Positions 48,302 to 59,093 are shown, counted from the stretch's first letter. The stretch: 64,000 nt of DNA from Bacteroidota bacterium (GCA_021824625.1 JAKAKE010000181.1:5209-69208); one strand, 5' to 3'. Translations and numbers: made by a program. The notes: generated by a model not told the origin, from the letters alone.

Positions 48302-50239
48302 ATGCCGTTTCATCCTGAAAAATTGTTGTCGTCAAAACGAACAAAATTGTTCAGGATAATTTTAATTATCATACAAATTATTTCTTTTTATTATTTGGAT
48401 GCGCAAGACTCCACGATTAAAAGTGAATTACCGCCTATTAAAAATTTAATAACGGTTTCAACAGTAAAACTAACAAATACACTTCTTTTTAATGGGGATG
48501 CATTACTTGATTTCGATATATTCGGCGGAAATTTAAAAATTGTTCAACGATATAAAGGTACTACTATAAAATATTACAGAGACACTACAAAAATAGATTC
48601 TACAATAAAAGATACTGTAAAATATGACACAACCTACCCAAGAATAAATTACTTGAATATAACTGATATTGAAATTTTTAAAATGAATTATTCACATCCA
48701 ATTGATGATTTTCTTAGTATAGTAGCAGAAAACAATTGGATTTATGGTTCATATAATAATCTGAGCAGGTTGAATGGTACAGCCGGTTTACGATTTAATA
48801 CATCTGCAAAATCCTTTTTGGAATTCAAAGGGGGTTTGGAGAAGAACAACCAAATAGGAGTTAATTATTTAGGTCCGATTATTAATCTTGAAGGCAGGTT
48901 ATTTGATTTATTGTTAGAAGATTATCACATCAATTCATCATTTAATTCTGAATATATAAAACTAAAGAATAATAGAAAAAATGCAGACATTGATTTTGGT
49001 TTATTCATTGATAAAAAATTTGACGAGTATGACAGGATTCATTTTAATGTAAATTATTTAATGATGTTCAGAGACCAATTATCCTTTCTTAGATTGGAAT
49101 CAATTACATCTACCCCTATTGAATCATGGTTTGACAGTAAGATTGCATCAAATCTTAATTTTAATTTTGGGTTGTTTGAGAATTTTTTTGGTAATATAGA
49201 TTTTTCAGTCCAAAACAATTGGAAAAACAGGTACTTTCAGGATTATATCCCAAATTATAACATTACAGGTATTAATAAAAAACGAGAAACTTTTGGAATA
49301 TCTTTTTTGGGTGAAATTAAATACCAGACATCAAAATTTAAACAAATCATTGGGTTATTATTCAGTTCCGGAAATGATGAGAATAAGATTAGTAAAAATT
49401 ACAATATCAACGATGTTGGATTTAATTATCTTAAAGAAATCGAAAAATTGTTTGATTACAGCGAAAATACAACTCGATTATATTTATTAACTGAATGGGA
49501 ACCAACGTTTAAGGATAAAATAAATATTGAAACTTCTGTATCTCTTAATCAGAGGGATACACCAAGTGAACAGGATAATACCGATGGGGATTTGTTTTCT
49601 TCTTTGATTAACTTTAATTATTTACATAAGTTTAATAATTCATTGTTCCTTAACCTATTTGCTGACATGGATTTTTATCATCAGGTATATATTAAATCTA
49701 AAATGAGTAATGATAATAAATGGAGAAAATATATAAGTCTTAAATCCAAAATATCCTGGTTTACTTCTTATTTCACAATGAATCCGGAACTGGAAATTTT
49801 TGCCAATTATGAGGATTATGATTTTGTTGATAGTTTATCAATATCGAATAACAGAAGTTCAAGGCAATTAAGTTACAGGGATTCTATAACAATTTTTCTT
49901 GGAAAAGTATTAAGTTTGCAATCATACATTAATATCAGGTATAATGAAAAAGGAATAATATTTTGGGAAAATTTTTCTGTTTTACCTACAAGTATTGATT
50001 TTGAGAAATTCTTTAAAATCATGCTGTCAGGTAAATTTAGCGACAATTACTTTGCCGCTGTTGGGCTTAGATATTATAGTTTTGCATTACTTTCGATTGC
50101 ACCTGAGATTGATATAAAATTATTTTTATTAGGTCAATCTTATATTTCTTTACAAGGTTGGTATGATTTTCAAAATATTAGTAAACCGGACTTTAGACAA
50201 ATTGCGAATTTCTTTTTGACGACAAAAATTGTATTATGA
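48302..50239 (+). CDS. Hypothetical protein, probable outer-membrane beta-barrel
   Basis: Signal-like N-terminus, alternating aromatic beta-strand pattern, C-terminal amphipathic strand. Confidence 0.6.
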   Translation: MPFHPEKLLSSKRTKLFRIILIIIQIISFYYLDAQDSTIKSELPPIKNLITVSTVKLTNTLLFNGDALLDFDIFGGNLKIVQRYKGTTIKYYRDTTKIDSTIKDTVKYDTTYPRINYLNITDIEIFKMNYSHPIDDFLSIVAENNWIYGSYNNLSRLNGTAGLRFNTSAKSFLEFKGGLEKNNQIGVNYLGPIINLEGRLFDLLLEDYHINSSFNSEYIKLKNNRKNADIDFGLFIDKKFDEYDRIHFNVNYLMMFRDQLSFLRLESITSTPIESWFDSKIASNLNFNFGLFENFFGNIDFSVQNNWKNRYFQDYIPNYNITGINKKRETFGISFLGEIKYQTSKFKQIIGLLFSSGNDENKISKNYNINDVGFNYLKEIEKLFDYSENTTRLYLLTEWEPTFKDKINIETSVSLNQRDTPSEQDNTDGDLFSSLINFNYLHKFNNSLFLNLFADMDFYHQVYIKSKMSNDNKWRKYISLKSKISWFTSYFTMNPELEIFANYEDYDFVDSLSISNNRSSRQLSYRDSITIFLGKVLSLQSYINIRYNEKGIIFWENFSVLPTSIDFEKFFKIMLSGKFSDNYFAAVGLRYYSFALLSIAPEIDIKLFLLGQSYISLQGWYDFQNISKPDFRQIANFFLTTKIVL

Positions 50240-50667
50240 ATGATAAATCGAATAGCAGCGATATTTCTTTTACACAAGAATTGACAAGCGAAAGAAAATC
50301 CCTTAAGCTCGTAGAACCTATGCTGAAGGAGATAAAACAAAAATTTTGTATAAGTAATGAACTGTATTGTAATCTTGTAATCACCGTTACAGAAGCCATC
50401 AATAATGCAATTATACATGGCAATAAATTTGACATCAACAAGCATGTATATGTTAAAGTTGATTGTAACAATAAGGCTTTGACAGTGTCAGTTAAAGACC
50501 AGGGTAATGGTTTTGATTTGGATAATTTGGAAAATCCCTTGTCGCCTGAAAATTTACTTAAGGAAAGCGGAAGAGGTATATTTATCATTAAAAAAATTGC
50601 CGATGATGTTAAATTTAATTTTTCTGATGGCACAGAAATAATACTTAATTTCAATTTGAATAATTAA
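50236..50667 (+). CDS. RsbW-like anti-sigma factor / Ser kinase (HATPase_c)
   Basis: TEAINNAIIHGN, VKDQGNGFD, ESGRGIFII; ATGA overlap with the upstream gene. Confidence 0.92.
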   Translation: MNDKSNSSDISFTQELTSERKSLKLVEPMLKEIKQKFCISNELYCNLVITVTEAINNAIIHGNKFDINKHVYVKVDCNNKALTVSVKDQGNGFDLDNLENPLSPENLLKESGRGIFIIKKIADDVKFNFSDGTEIILNFNLNN

Positions 50668-50810
50668 TCAGTATTTTTTTTATTTTATTGTTTGTTACTT
50701 TTATCGCTAATGATTTAACTTTATCTTTGCGGTATTGGGACTGAAATTTACAGTAACCACTTTTTAAAAATAAATGTTAAATTCATAATTCATAATTCGT
50801 AATTAATTTT

Positions 50811-53036
50811 ATGTCGCCTAATCGTTTTATCGAACAGGAAAAAATCAGAAAAAGTTTTTTTCTTCCGCTTGGAATACCTGAATCAAAGCGTATCTTTTTC
50901 GTTAATGGAATTTTTGGTGTTGGTAAAAGCCGGTTTGTCAGAAATTTCATTAATGAAGTTCTTGAAAAGAAAGTCATTGATGCACTTTGTTTTTTTGACG
51001 GCGATTATCGTATAACTAATTTATATGAGCTTGTCAATACACTTGCCATTAATTTCAAATCTTCCGATGAAATAAACCAACCTTATTTGTTTTCCGAATG
51101 TGATTATAATAAAACCAGATATATTGAACTACTAACATTACTAAAGGAGAAAGATGAGTCATTGTCTGAAGTTATTAAATCAAAAGCATCTTTGTTATCG
51201 GAAACAGATTATCTAATCAATGATTTAAAATCTTCTAATCTTATAATTGATGAACAACTACTCGAGAAATATCTCGACAAAAAAGGCGACAGGCGCCTTC
51301 TGACAGATGTTACCAGAGTATCTGCCGAAGCATTCATAGTTGACCTGATGAATAAATATTTTCCTTATGAAAATGTCGGGGATGACTTCGAAAGATTCTA
51401 TTCTGATGCCGAGCCAAAAAAAATATTAATTGCTTATGATAATATTGAAAATCTTGACTACACGCTGAACAAGTGGCTCACAGGCACTATGCTCGACTAT
51501 TGCTGCGACAAGAAATTTTCCGATTTCGTTTCTTATAATATTTCATATATCAGGGAAGACACTAAAATATCCAAATACCTCGATTTCAGATTTATTATTT
51601 CATCCAGAGAAGAATATTTCAACAAAAAAGAATTTGGCTATAATTGGGGCAAGTATGAATTATACATTGGTTCGCTTGAGCTGGAGCCGTTATTCGAACA
51701 TGATTTGCAGGACTTCTTTGATGACTTGAAAGTTGCAATTACTCAGCCTTACAGTGAAATAATTAAATTGACAAAAAGTTTACCCTTACTTTTAATGACA
51801 TACCTCGAATATATTGACAGCTCAGGTGAGGTACAAATCCAACTACCGGTTATTGAATCTGCAGTGTCATCTATTATGAAGGGACTAACTCAGCAGCAAA
51901 GGGATTGGCTCATCTGTGCATCTTTTCTCGATGATTTTGATGAAAAGGGATTGAGATGTTTCAATGAAATCGGCTCTGATTATAAACTTGCTTATTCTTT
52001 TTTGATAAATAAAAATTCAATAACTGATAGCCATGATAATACAAGCAAAATAAATATTAAACCCCTGATAAAAGGATTTATCCTGGATTACACGAAAACT
52101 GTTCAACCTGATTATTATGAATACTATAAAGATAGAGGTGGTGTTTACGAAAAGACAAAAGATGTTCTTGATAAAGTTAGTACCGATGATTTGAATGTTA
52201 TTAGAAGTTTCGCATATTTTAAATCTTTTGATACTGAGTCTGCTCTCGAAGATACTTTTCAATCGGATATACATCTCGCTAAAGAATTTTTATTAAATAA
52301 TCCTGACTATTTTATCAGGAACAAAACCACATTCACACTAAAGTCGAATTTTACTCAAAAGCTCGACGAGTACAACGTAGTGGTGGATGGAAATAAATAT
52401 GAATTGAAGAAACAATTGATTAGAGATTCATGGATACGACTTTCTGAAAATTTAAGTAAAAAACAATCGGAATTTAGCGCTGAGCTTGAGAATATGAAAA
52501 CCGAATCTGCCGAATTGGAGAAAGTAGTAAAAACCCTGCGCCAGGAATACGATAAAGACCAGGCAGATTTCTTTGAAACAGAAAACTCGCTGATTGAATT
52601 GAGACGTGAAACTTTAATTTTTGCAAAAAAAAATAATATTTCTGCAGGGATTATTTGTCTGATAATTACAGTAGTATTAGGATTAGCAACTAATTTCTTC
52701 CCCGAAATATTTAAAGACCTCGACAGCGGGAACAAAGAATTGTATAACATTCTATATATATCTTCATATAGCTTTTCTATATTATTTGGTATTCTGACAA
52801 TCGTATATTTTATAAAAGAAATAAATATTTTGACAAGAAAAGAAGAATACCAAGAATTGAAAGAAGAAATATCATTAGCAGAGGAAGAGAACAATCAGCG
52901 TCAGACAAGGATGAGAGCCAATAAAGAAATTAGGTCGGATTCCGAAACAAAACTTTCTGAAATGATTGTAAGAAAAAAACTCCTCGAAAGTGAAATTGAA
53001 ACCATAATAATGAAACTCGAAGAACCGTTTATATAA
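50811..53036 (+). CDS. P-loop NTPase (STAND-like) with C-terminal coiled coil and two TM helices
   Basis: Walker A GIFGVGKS, Walker B ILIAYDNIE, LTKSLPLLL; E/K-rich heptads flanking two hydrophobic segments. Confidence 0.7.
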   Translation: MSPNRFIEQEKIRKSFFLPLGIPESKRIFFVNGIFGVGKSRFVRNFINEVLEKKVIDALCFFDGDYRITNLYELVNTLAINFKSSDEINQPYLFSECDYNKTRYIELLTLLKEKDESLSEVIKSKASLLSETDYLINDLKSSNLIIDEQLLEKYLDKKGDRRLLTDVTRVSAEAFIVDLMNKYFPYENVGDDFERFYSDAEPKKILIAYDNIENLDYTLNKWLTGTMLDYCCDKKFSDFVSYNISYIREDTKISKYLDFRFIISSREEYFNKKEFGYNWGKYELYIGSLELEPLFEHDLQDFFDDLKVAITQPYSEIIKLTKSLPLLLMTYLEYIDSSGEVQIQLPVIESAVSSIMKGLTQQQRDWLICASFLDDFDEKGLRCFNEIGSDYKLAYSFLINKNSITDSHDNTSKINIKPLIKGFILDYTKTVQPDYYEYYKDRGGVYEKTKDVLDKVSTDDLNVIRSFAYFKSFDTESALEDTFQSDIHLAKEFLLNNPDYFIRNKTTFTLKSNFTQKLDEYNVVVDGNKYELKKQLIRDSWIRLSENLSKKQSEFSAELENMKTESAELEKVVKTLRQEYDKDQADFFETENSLIELRRETLIFAKKNNISAGIICLIITVVLGLATNFFPEIFKDLDSGNKELYNILYISSYSFSILFGILTIVYFIKEINILTRKEEYQELKEEISLAEEENNQRQTRMRANKEIRSDSETKLSEMIVRKKLLESEIETIIMKLEEPFI

Positions 53037-53684
53037 TTATGGATACAACCTCGTTATTATCCATTTACCATTTTCATTTTTATTATATTGAATCCTGTCA
53101 TGCAGACGGCTTTCCCTTCCCTGCCAGAATTCAAACACGTCAGGAATGAGCCTGTAACCGCCCCAGTTGGGCGGCAGTGGTACATTCACAGGGTACTTTG
53201 CCATGTATTTTGCAACCTTTCTAATTAATTTGAACCTGCTCGATAGCGGTGAACTCTGTTCAGATGCATAAGTACCCAACTTGCTTGTGTAAGGCCTGGT
53301 CTGAAAGTATTTGTCGGAATCTTCTTTCGATATTTTTTCTAACCTGCCTTCGATTCTAACCTGTCTTTCCAATTTATCCCAAAAGAAAAGAATTGCAGCA
53401 TAAGGGTTCTTTTCGATTTCCTTTCCTTTTCTGCTGTCATAATTTGTATAGAATATAAAACCATTTTCATCAAATTGTTTCAGTAATAAAACTCGGGAAG
53501 AAGGTTTGCCGTCCTTTGTAGAAGTAGATAGGACAAAGGCAGTTGGCTCGAGCATATCTGCTGAAAGCATATCTTCGAACCACGATTTGAATTGTTCAAA
53601 AGGATTTTCATTAGCAGTTTTTTCGCTGAAACTGCCTTTCGTGTAGTCCCTTCGTAAATCTGCAAGGCTGTTAAATATATCCAT
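53037..53684 (-). CDS. pdxH: Pyridoxamine 5'-phosphate oxidase
   Basis: PSSRVLLLK, FYTNYDSRKG, RQVRIEG, EFWQGRESRLHDR. Confidence 0.97.
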   Translation of the reverse strand: MDIFNSLADLRRDYTKGSFSEKTANENPFEQFKSWFEDMLSADMLEPTAFVLSTSTKDGKPSSRVLLLKQFDENGFIFYTNYDSRKGKEIEKNPYAAILFFWDKLERQVRIEGRLEKISKEDSDKYFQTRPYTSKLGTYASEQSSPLSSRFKLIRKVAKYMAKYPVNVPLPPNWGGYRLIPDVFEFWQGRESRLHDRIQYNKNENGKWIITRLYP

Positions 53685-53709
53685 ACTTGTTTAAAATAAT
53701 AACTCATTT

Positions 53710-53735
53710 TAACCCCAGACTTAAGTCTGGGGTTA
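53710..53735. repeat. Perfect 26-bp palindrome (REP-like, possible terminator)
   Basis: taaccccagactt|aagtctggggtta; degenerate relative taaccccatgcttcagcat at 4931. Confidence 0.8.
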
Positions 53736-53747
53736 TTATAAGTGAAA

Positions 53748-55583
53748 TTATCTTACTAAGGTCATCTTACTTGTTTCAATTCCTTCCGAACTAAACATTT
53801 TATAATAATATGTTCCCGTAGATACTGTGTTCCCGTCAAATTCAACCATGTAATTACCCGAATCTAATCTGGAATTAACAAGTGTGCTGATTTCAGTACC
53901 AAGTGAATTATACACTTTCAGGACAACCATTCCTGAGTTTTGTACATTGAAAACAATATTTGTTTTTCCTGTGAATGGATTCGGATAGTTAGTTAACTTG
54001 GTTGAATAAGAACCCGGAAGAATTTCTATGACCGAAGTAATACTGTCAAGAGTCCTGAATCTTCTCTTACCTGACCATACACTTTCACCAATCACGTTTA
54101 CAGCTTTGACTCGCCAGAAATAATTCCTGTCATGATATAATTTTCCTGCCGGGACAGTATAAGATGTGTCGGTTATCCCGCTTACGTCAATAATGGTTGG
54201 TGTAAAATTATTTTCGATAGCCACTTGTACCTTATAAGAATCTGCATATAAAGATTTATTCCAGATTAATATCGGGGTTAATGATAAACTATCCTGGGCT
54301 ATTTCAGGGAATAACTGGTTAGGTGAATCAGGTTCTACACCTCCTGTTGTAAAACTCCATACAGGTGACCAGCCGCTTTCTCCGCCTTCGTTACTTGCAG
54401 AAACCTTCCAGTAATATTTTGTGTTTGGTTCAAGTCCTGCAAGACTGTAGTGATAGTCTGTTACTGCATTATCATCAACGGAAGGTGATGTAAAATTTGA
54501 GTTTTTTGATACAATAACTCTGTATGTATAAGCCCTTTGTGCGGGATTCCACTGCAATTGAGGGCTTGTGCTTACATCAGTTGCCGCATCAGGAGGCATA
54601 AATAGTACCGGATTATCAGGTGCAGCCATTCCTTTGTTATTCAAATTAAACCAATATGTATAATTTTTTAATGTTCCATTTACATTAACATTTTTTATAG
54701 TTACAGTATAGGTTTTACGGTCTTGTAATCCAGATGCCTTCCAGGAGAGACAGTTCATAACTCCTCCCCAACCCTGATCATCATCAAGTGTCTTTGTATT
54801 TATCTGAACAATTTGCTGATTATCATCTTTCATCTCTATTGTTGCATTTGCATAATTGACATTAACATTATTTCCCCAATTAACTTTATCATAGAATACA
54901 GAAAAAGATAGAAACCAGCTTCTATCAAATAATTCGATAGGATAATCCTGATAAGGAACAGCAACAAAATCATTTGTCCAGTCAGACATGTCTTGTTCTA
55001 GGTATCCTCCCCATTTAAAACTCATTGCCGTATAGTAGGTATATTGTGATGGAACTTTAGGTTGTCCATCACATCTTCCAAACGAAAATGCTTTCAAAAA
55101 TGGATTAATTATAGCTCTTCTATGGCCCAATGAAACGACATTATTATCAATCATCCAGTCATAAATACTTTCAAGTGTTTGAGGAATATAATTCAAAGTT
55201 GAGTACATATTTCCATGTAGATTACTGGATGCAGCTCCAGCAGCACCAACGGGTGTATAGCATTGCCAAGATGAATTAGGCTGATGGTCGAGTTTTGCAT
55301 TTGCAACCATCATTAAAGAAGCCGCCTGTGATTCTGCATCCCCGTTATAATCATAAGTAACTTGTTTTAGGCCATGAATGCTTCTGATTTGATTTACGTA
55401 GTCCAATACTGCCTTCTTTTCTGAAGCTTTTAACACTCCTGGAAAACATGAAGCTGTATTAGGAGGACTGTCGTAATATATATTCCAATCCTGTGAATAC
55501 ATCATGTTTGCATGAAAATTTGCAGTTACAATGATAGTAATAATAAAAATTGTTTTAACAAAAAAGTAGAAATTTTTCTTCAT
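53748..55583 (-). CDS. T9SS-secreted CAP (SCP)-domain protein with two FN3 domains
   Basis: Signal peptide; VNQIRSIHGL, LDHQP, SLGHRRAIINP; FN3 YYWKVSASN / YFWRVKAVN; CTD NYPNPF...KMTLVR. Confidence 0.88.
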   Translation of the reverse strand: MKKNFYFFVKTIFIITIIVTANFHANMMYSQDWNIYYDSPPNTASCFPGVLKASEKKAVLDYVNQIRSIHGLKQVTYDYNGDAESQAASLMMVANAKLDHQPNSSWQCYTPVGAAGAASSNLHGNMYSTLNYIPQTLESIYDWMIDNNVVSLGHRRAIINPFLKAFSFGRCDGQPKVPSQYTYYTAMSFKWGGYLEQDMSDWTNDFVAVPYQDYPIELFDRSWFLSFSVFYDKVNWGNNVNVNYANATIEMKDDNQQIVQINTKTLDDDQGWGGVMNCLSWKASGLQDRKTYTVTIKNVNVNGTLKNYTYWFNLNNKGMAAPDNPVLFMPPDAATDVSTSPQLQWNPAQRAYTYRVIVSKNSNFTSPSVDDNAVTDYHYSLAGLEPNTKYYWKVSASNEGGESGWSPVWSFTTGGVEPDSPNQLFPEIAQDSLSLTPILIWNKSLYADSYKVQVAIENNFTPTIIDVSGITDTSYTVPAGKLYHDRNYFWRVKAVNVIGESVWSGKRRFRTLDSITSVIEILPGSYSTKLTNYPNPFTGKTNIVFNVQNSGMVVLKVYNSLGTEISTLVNSRLDSGNYMVEFDGNTVSTGTYYYKMFSSEGIETSKMTLVR

Positions 55584-55825
55584 TTTAACACCAAAATATA
55601 TTCAATAAAATTTATTTCTATATTCTTAAATGATAGAGTAAAACACTCATCATTTATTGTTTGCAATTTAAAAAAAAGTTTGGGATTATAAGGAAAAATT
55701 TAGAATGATAAAGGATAAATAAAAAATGAAAAGCCACTATTTTCAAATAGTGGAGTTAATAGTAGCTTCGTTTGTTGGGATTTATCCCTTTTGCATGATA
55801 GGGGACAAAAGTCGAATTTATTAGG

Positions 55826-55860
55826 AAAAATAGTCCCTATTTAACAAAATAGGGGCTATT
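55826..55860 (-). terminator. Terminator after gcvH
   Basis: Minus strand aatagcccctattt-tgtt-aaatagggactatt-ttt. Confidence 0.7.
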
Positions 55861-55877
55861 CATTCTTAAAAACTATT

Positions 55878-56258
55878 TTAATGTCCTGTTAAATCCTTGT
55901 AAGCTTTAACATCCAGAAGGCCATCAAGCTCAGAAGGATTTGCTAACTCAATCTCAATGATCCATCCTTCACCGTAAGGATCGCTGTTAACCACTTCAGG
56001 GTGGTCGTTAAGGCTTCTGTTAACATCAATAATTTTGCCGCTAACCGGGGCAAGCATATCGGCAACAGTTTTCACAGCTTCGATAGTGCCGAATGATTCA
56101 CCGGCTTTGACATAAGCAATATCTTCGGCTATGTCAATGTAAACGACATCGCCGAGTTCGCCTTGTGCATGGTCTGTTATTCCGACCGTGCCTTTTTTAC
56201 CTTCAACTTTGAGCCATTCATGGTCTTTAGTGTACTTTAGATTTTCGGGAAAATTCAT
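55878..56258 (-). CDS. gcvH: Glycine cleavage system H protein
   Basis: YTKDHEW, GITDHAQGELGD, lipoyl-Lys EAVKTV, NSDPYGEGW; ATG at 56258. Confidence 0.97.
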   Translation of the reverse strand: MNFPENLKYTKDHEWLKVEGKKGTVGITDHAQGELGDVVYIDIAEDIAYVKAGESFGTIEAVKTVADMLAPVSGKIIDVNRSLNDHPEVVNSDPYGEGWIIEIELANPSELDGLLDVKAYKDLTGH

Positions 56259-56277
56259 AAAAAACTCCAATATTATT

Positions 56278-57621
56278 CTACAATGTTTTCCAATCTATTC
56301 TTTCAAGATATTTTGTATCAATGTTTCCTGCAATGAAATCAGGATTCTGCATCATTTTCAGATGAAAAGGTATTGTTGTCTTGATACCTTCAATTACAAA
56401 TTCCTCAAGGGCAAGCTGCATTTTTGCTATGGCTCCGTCCCTCGTTGGTGCGAATGTAATAAGTTTTGCGACAAGTGAATCATAATAGGGAGGTATTGTA
56501 TAACCGGTGTAAATATGAGAATCCACCCGTACACCGTGTCCTCCCGGGAAGTGCAGGCTCTCGATTGTTCCGGGATTAGGCCTGAAATCATTATACGGGT
56601 CTTCGGCATTAATCCTGCACTCGATGGCGTGCATCTTTGGTTCATGAGCTTCAATTGTTAATTTTTCACCTGAGGCTATTTTTATTTGTTCTTTAATTAA
56701 ATCAATATCTAAAGATTCTTCTGTTACAGGATGCTCGACTTGTATTCTCGTGTTCATTTCCATAAAATAGAAATTCCTGTCATTATCAACGAGGAACTCT
56801 ATTGTACCAGGGCCATAATAATCAACAGCCAAAGCACCCCTGACAGCGGCTGTGCCCATGGCTCTTCTCAGTTCGGTTGTCATAATTGGTGATGGTGCTT
56901 CTTCTATTAGTTTCTGGTGCCTTCTCTGAATCGAACACTCTCTTTCGTTCAAATGAATAATATTTCCATGCTTATCTCCGAGAATCTGTATTTCTATATG
57001 TCTGGAGCCTGTAACAAGTTTTTCGATATATAAATCGGGATTATTGAAAGCAGACTCAGCTTCGTATCTTGTCATGCTGAACGCTTTTTCCAACTCTGTA
57101 TCGTCGTTGACAAGCCTCATTCCTTTACCGCCACCTCCGGCTACTGCCTTAAGCAATATCGGATAACTGATTTCTTTTGCTATTTTTTTTGCTTCCTTTT
57201 CAGAATTTACAACACCATCGCTTCCCGGAACAACAGGCACTCCGGCGTTACGCATGGTTTCCTTTGCTACAGATTTGTTTCCCATTCTTCTTATAGAATC
57301 TGCGGAAGGGCCTATGAAAGTAATTCCGCAGGCATTGCATATATCCACAAAAGAATCATTTTCTGCCAAAAATCCGTATCCCGGGTGAATAGCATCGGCA
57401 TTGGTTATTTGTGCTGCTGCAATGATTGAAGGGATGTTCAGATAGCTTTCTTTTCCAGCAGGTGGCCCAACGCAAACGACTTCATCTGCAAACCTGACAT
57501 GCAAAGAAGTTTTGTCGGCTGTTGAATATATAGCAACAGTAGGAATTTTCAGTTCTTTGCAGGCTCTGATTATTCTAAGTGCTATTTCTCCTCTGTTTGC
57601 AATCAGGATTTTTTTTATCAT
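56278..57621 (-). CDS. accC: Acetyl-CoA carboxylase biotin carboxylase
   Basis: [46 protein letters not shown]. Confidence 0.97.
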   Translation of the reverse strand: MIKKILIANRGEIALRIIRACKELKIPTVAIYSTADKTSLHVRFADEVVCVGPPAGKESYLNIPSIIAAAQITNADAIHPGYGFLAENDSFVDICNACGITFIGPSADSIRRMGNKSVAKETMRNAGVPVVPGSDGVVNSEKEAKKIAKEISYPILLKAVAGGGGKGMRLVNDDTELEKAFSMTRYEAESAFNNPDLYIEKLVTGSRHIEIQILGDKHGNIIHLNERECSIQRRHQKLIEEAPSPIMTTELRRAMGTAAVRGALAVDYYGPGTIEFLVDNDRNFYFMEMNTRIQVEHPVTEESLDIDLIKEQIKIASGEKLTIEAHEPKMHAIECRINAEDPYNDFRPNPGTIESLHFPGGHGVRVDSHIYTGYTIPPYYDSLVAKLITFAPTRDGAIAKMQLALEEFVIEGIKTTIPFHLKMMQNPDFIAGNIDTKYLERIDWKTL

Positions 57622-57648
57622 ATCGAAAAGCTCAATTTCAATTTAATA

Positions 57649-58173
57649 TTAATCTGGTTTTATTATAAACAAAGGCTGATTGAATTCCACAGCTTGTGCA
57701 TTTTCCAAAAGAATTTTTACAATTGTACCTGATGTGTCACATTCAATTTCGTTCATCAGTTTCATTGCTTCTATTATGCACAGTGTAGTACCTGCTGTAA
57801 CATGAGAGCCAATCTCGACATAAGGGTCTAAGTCAGGTGAGGGAGACCTGTAAAAAGTTCCGACAATTGGTGAATAAACCGTATGAAGTAAGATTTTGCT
57901 ATCTTCATCAGTGGTCTCTTGTTCTTTGGATATTGATTTTGAATCTTTTCCTTTTTCAATATTTGGGGAATTTGATTGTTTAGACGCATTATCATGCGAC
58001 TCCGCTATATTATTAGACGGGATGAAGTTCTGTGCCGGAAGTATTATTGGCTGGTTCTTATTTTCCCTGTTTTTCGCCAGCTTGATTTTAATACCTTCTT
58101 CTTCAATCGCAATCTCTGCCATATTACTGTCATTAAAAATTTTGATGACTTTTTTGAGGTAGTTTAAATCCAT
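57649..58173 (-). CDS. accB: Biotin carboxyl carrier protein
   Basis: [22 protein letters not shown]. Confidence 0.97.
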   Translation of the reverse strand: MDLNYLKKVIKIFNDSNMAEIAIEEEGIKIKLAKNRENKNQPIILPAQNFIPSNNIAESHDNASKQSNSPNIEKGKDSKSISKEQETTDEDSKILLHTVYSPIVGTFYRSPSPDLDPYVEIGSHVTAGTTLCIIEAMKLMNEIECDTSGTIVKILLENAQAVEFNQPLFIIKPD

Positions 58174-58227
58174 AATTCCTCATAATATTAGTGAATGAAG
58201 AGCAAAAAGCTTTTTCAAATTTAATTA

Positions 58228-58791
58228 TTATTCCTTAACACGTTCTATGTATGCACCGGTTTTAGAATCAACTCTTATCATATCGCCTTCGTTGATAAAC
58301 AAGGGAACATTTACTGTCGCACCCGTTTCAAGAGTTGCAGTCTTAAGTACATTTGTAGCCGTATCACCTTTGACACCAGGTTCAGTATGAGCTATGACTA
58401 AGTTAACATGCGGGGGCAAATCAACTGCAATCACAATATTATCATAAAAGGCAAGCTGTGCTTCCTGGTTTTCTTTTAAAAAATTGATTGAAACACCTAA
58501 CTTTTCCGGCTCGACGGGAATTTGTTCGAAAGTGTCATTATCCATAAAATGCAAATTTATTCCGTCATTATAGAGGTATTGATAATTTTTTCTTTCGACG
58601 CGTGCAAATTCTATTGATTCACCTGAACGGAAGCGGTTTTCAGAGAGTTTTCCTGATTTCATATTTCTCATTTTGACCTGGTAAAATGCCCTCAGGTTGC
58701 CGGGTGTTCTGTGTTCCGATTCCAAAACTGTGTGTAAATCCCCGTTATATATTATGACCACTCCCGGCCTTAAATCTGCTGTTGTACCCAT
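58228..58791 (-). CDS. efp: Elongation factor P
   Basis: TPGNLRAF loop, FMD..TFEQ, TEPGVKGDTA, LETGATVNVPLFI. Confidence 0.96.
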   Translation of the reverse strand: MGTTADLRPGVVIIYNGDLHTVLESEHRTPGNLRAFYQVKMRNMKSGKLSENRFRSGESIEFARVERKNYQYLYNDGINLHFMDNDTFEQIPVEPEKLGVSINFLKENQEAQLAFYDNIVIAVDLPPHVNLVIAHTEPGVKGDTATNVLKTATLETGATVNVPLFINEGDMIRVDSKTGAYIERVKE

Positions 58792-58828
58792 ATATTAAAA
58801 GTTATTTCTAAAACAATTCATTAAAATG

Positions 58829-58899
58829 AGGTGCCTGTCGGAATCGAACCAACGTAGGAGGTTTTGCAGACCTCTGCCTAACCACTCGGCCAAGGCACC
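58829..58899 (-). tRNA. tRNA-Cys (anticodon GCA)
   Basis: Minus strand ggtgcct...gaggt-ctGCAaa-acctc...ggttcgattcc...aggcacc-U73. Confidence 0.96.
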
Positions 58900-58913
58900 T
58901 TTTAATAGGATTA

Positions 58914-58921
58914 CAAAATTA
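58914..58921 (-). promoter_or_regulatory. Bacteroidota-type -7 promoter element
   Basis: TAATTTTG on the minus strand about 15 nt upstream of tRNA-Cys. Confidence 0.6.
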
Positions 58922-59093
58922 GGAATAATATAAGGAAAAATCAAATGAATTTTAACATTGACTATTTCGCTGAACTTATTAGAATATAATAAAATACTGT
59001 TATTCTCATAAGAAAACACCCCAAATTTTGACAAAAAATTCTTAATTTACCTTCTTGTATTTACCAATTTTTATAAAAAAACAGGTTAGGTTA

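Noticed and set aside
50193..52894. Long antisense ORFs (50193..50654, 52355..52894) and the many other nested ORFs in the track
   Set aside because: Shadow frames of well-supported genes, with no independent motifs.
58795..59034. 79-aa minus-strand ORF
   Set aside because: Overlaps tRNA-Cys and its promoter; spurious.
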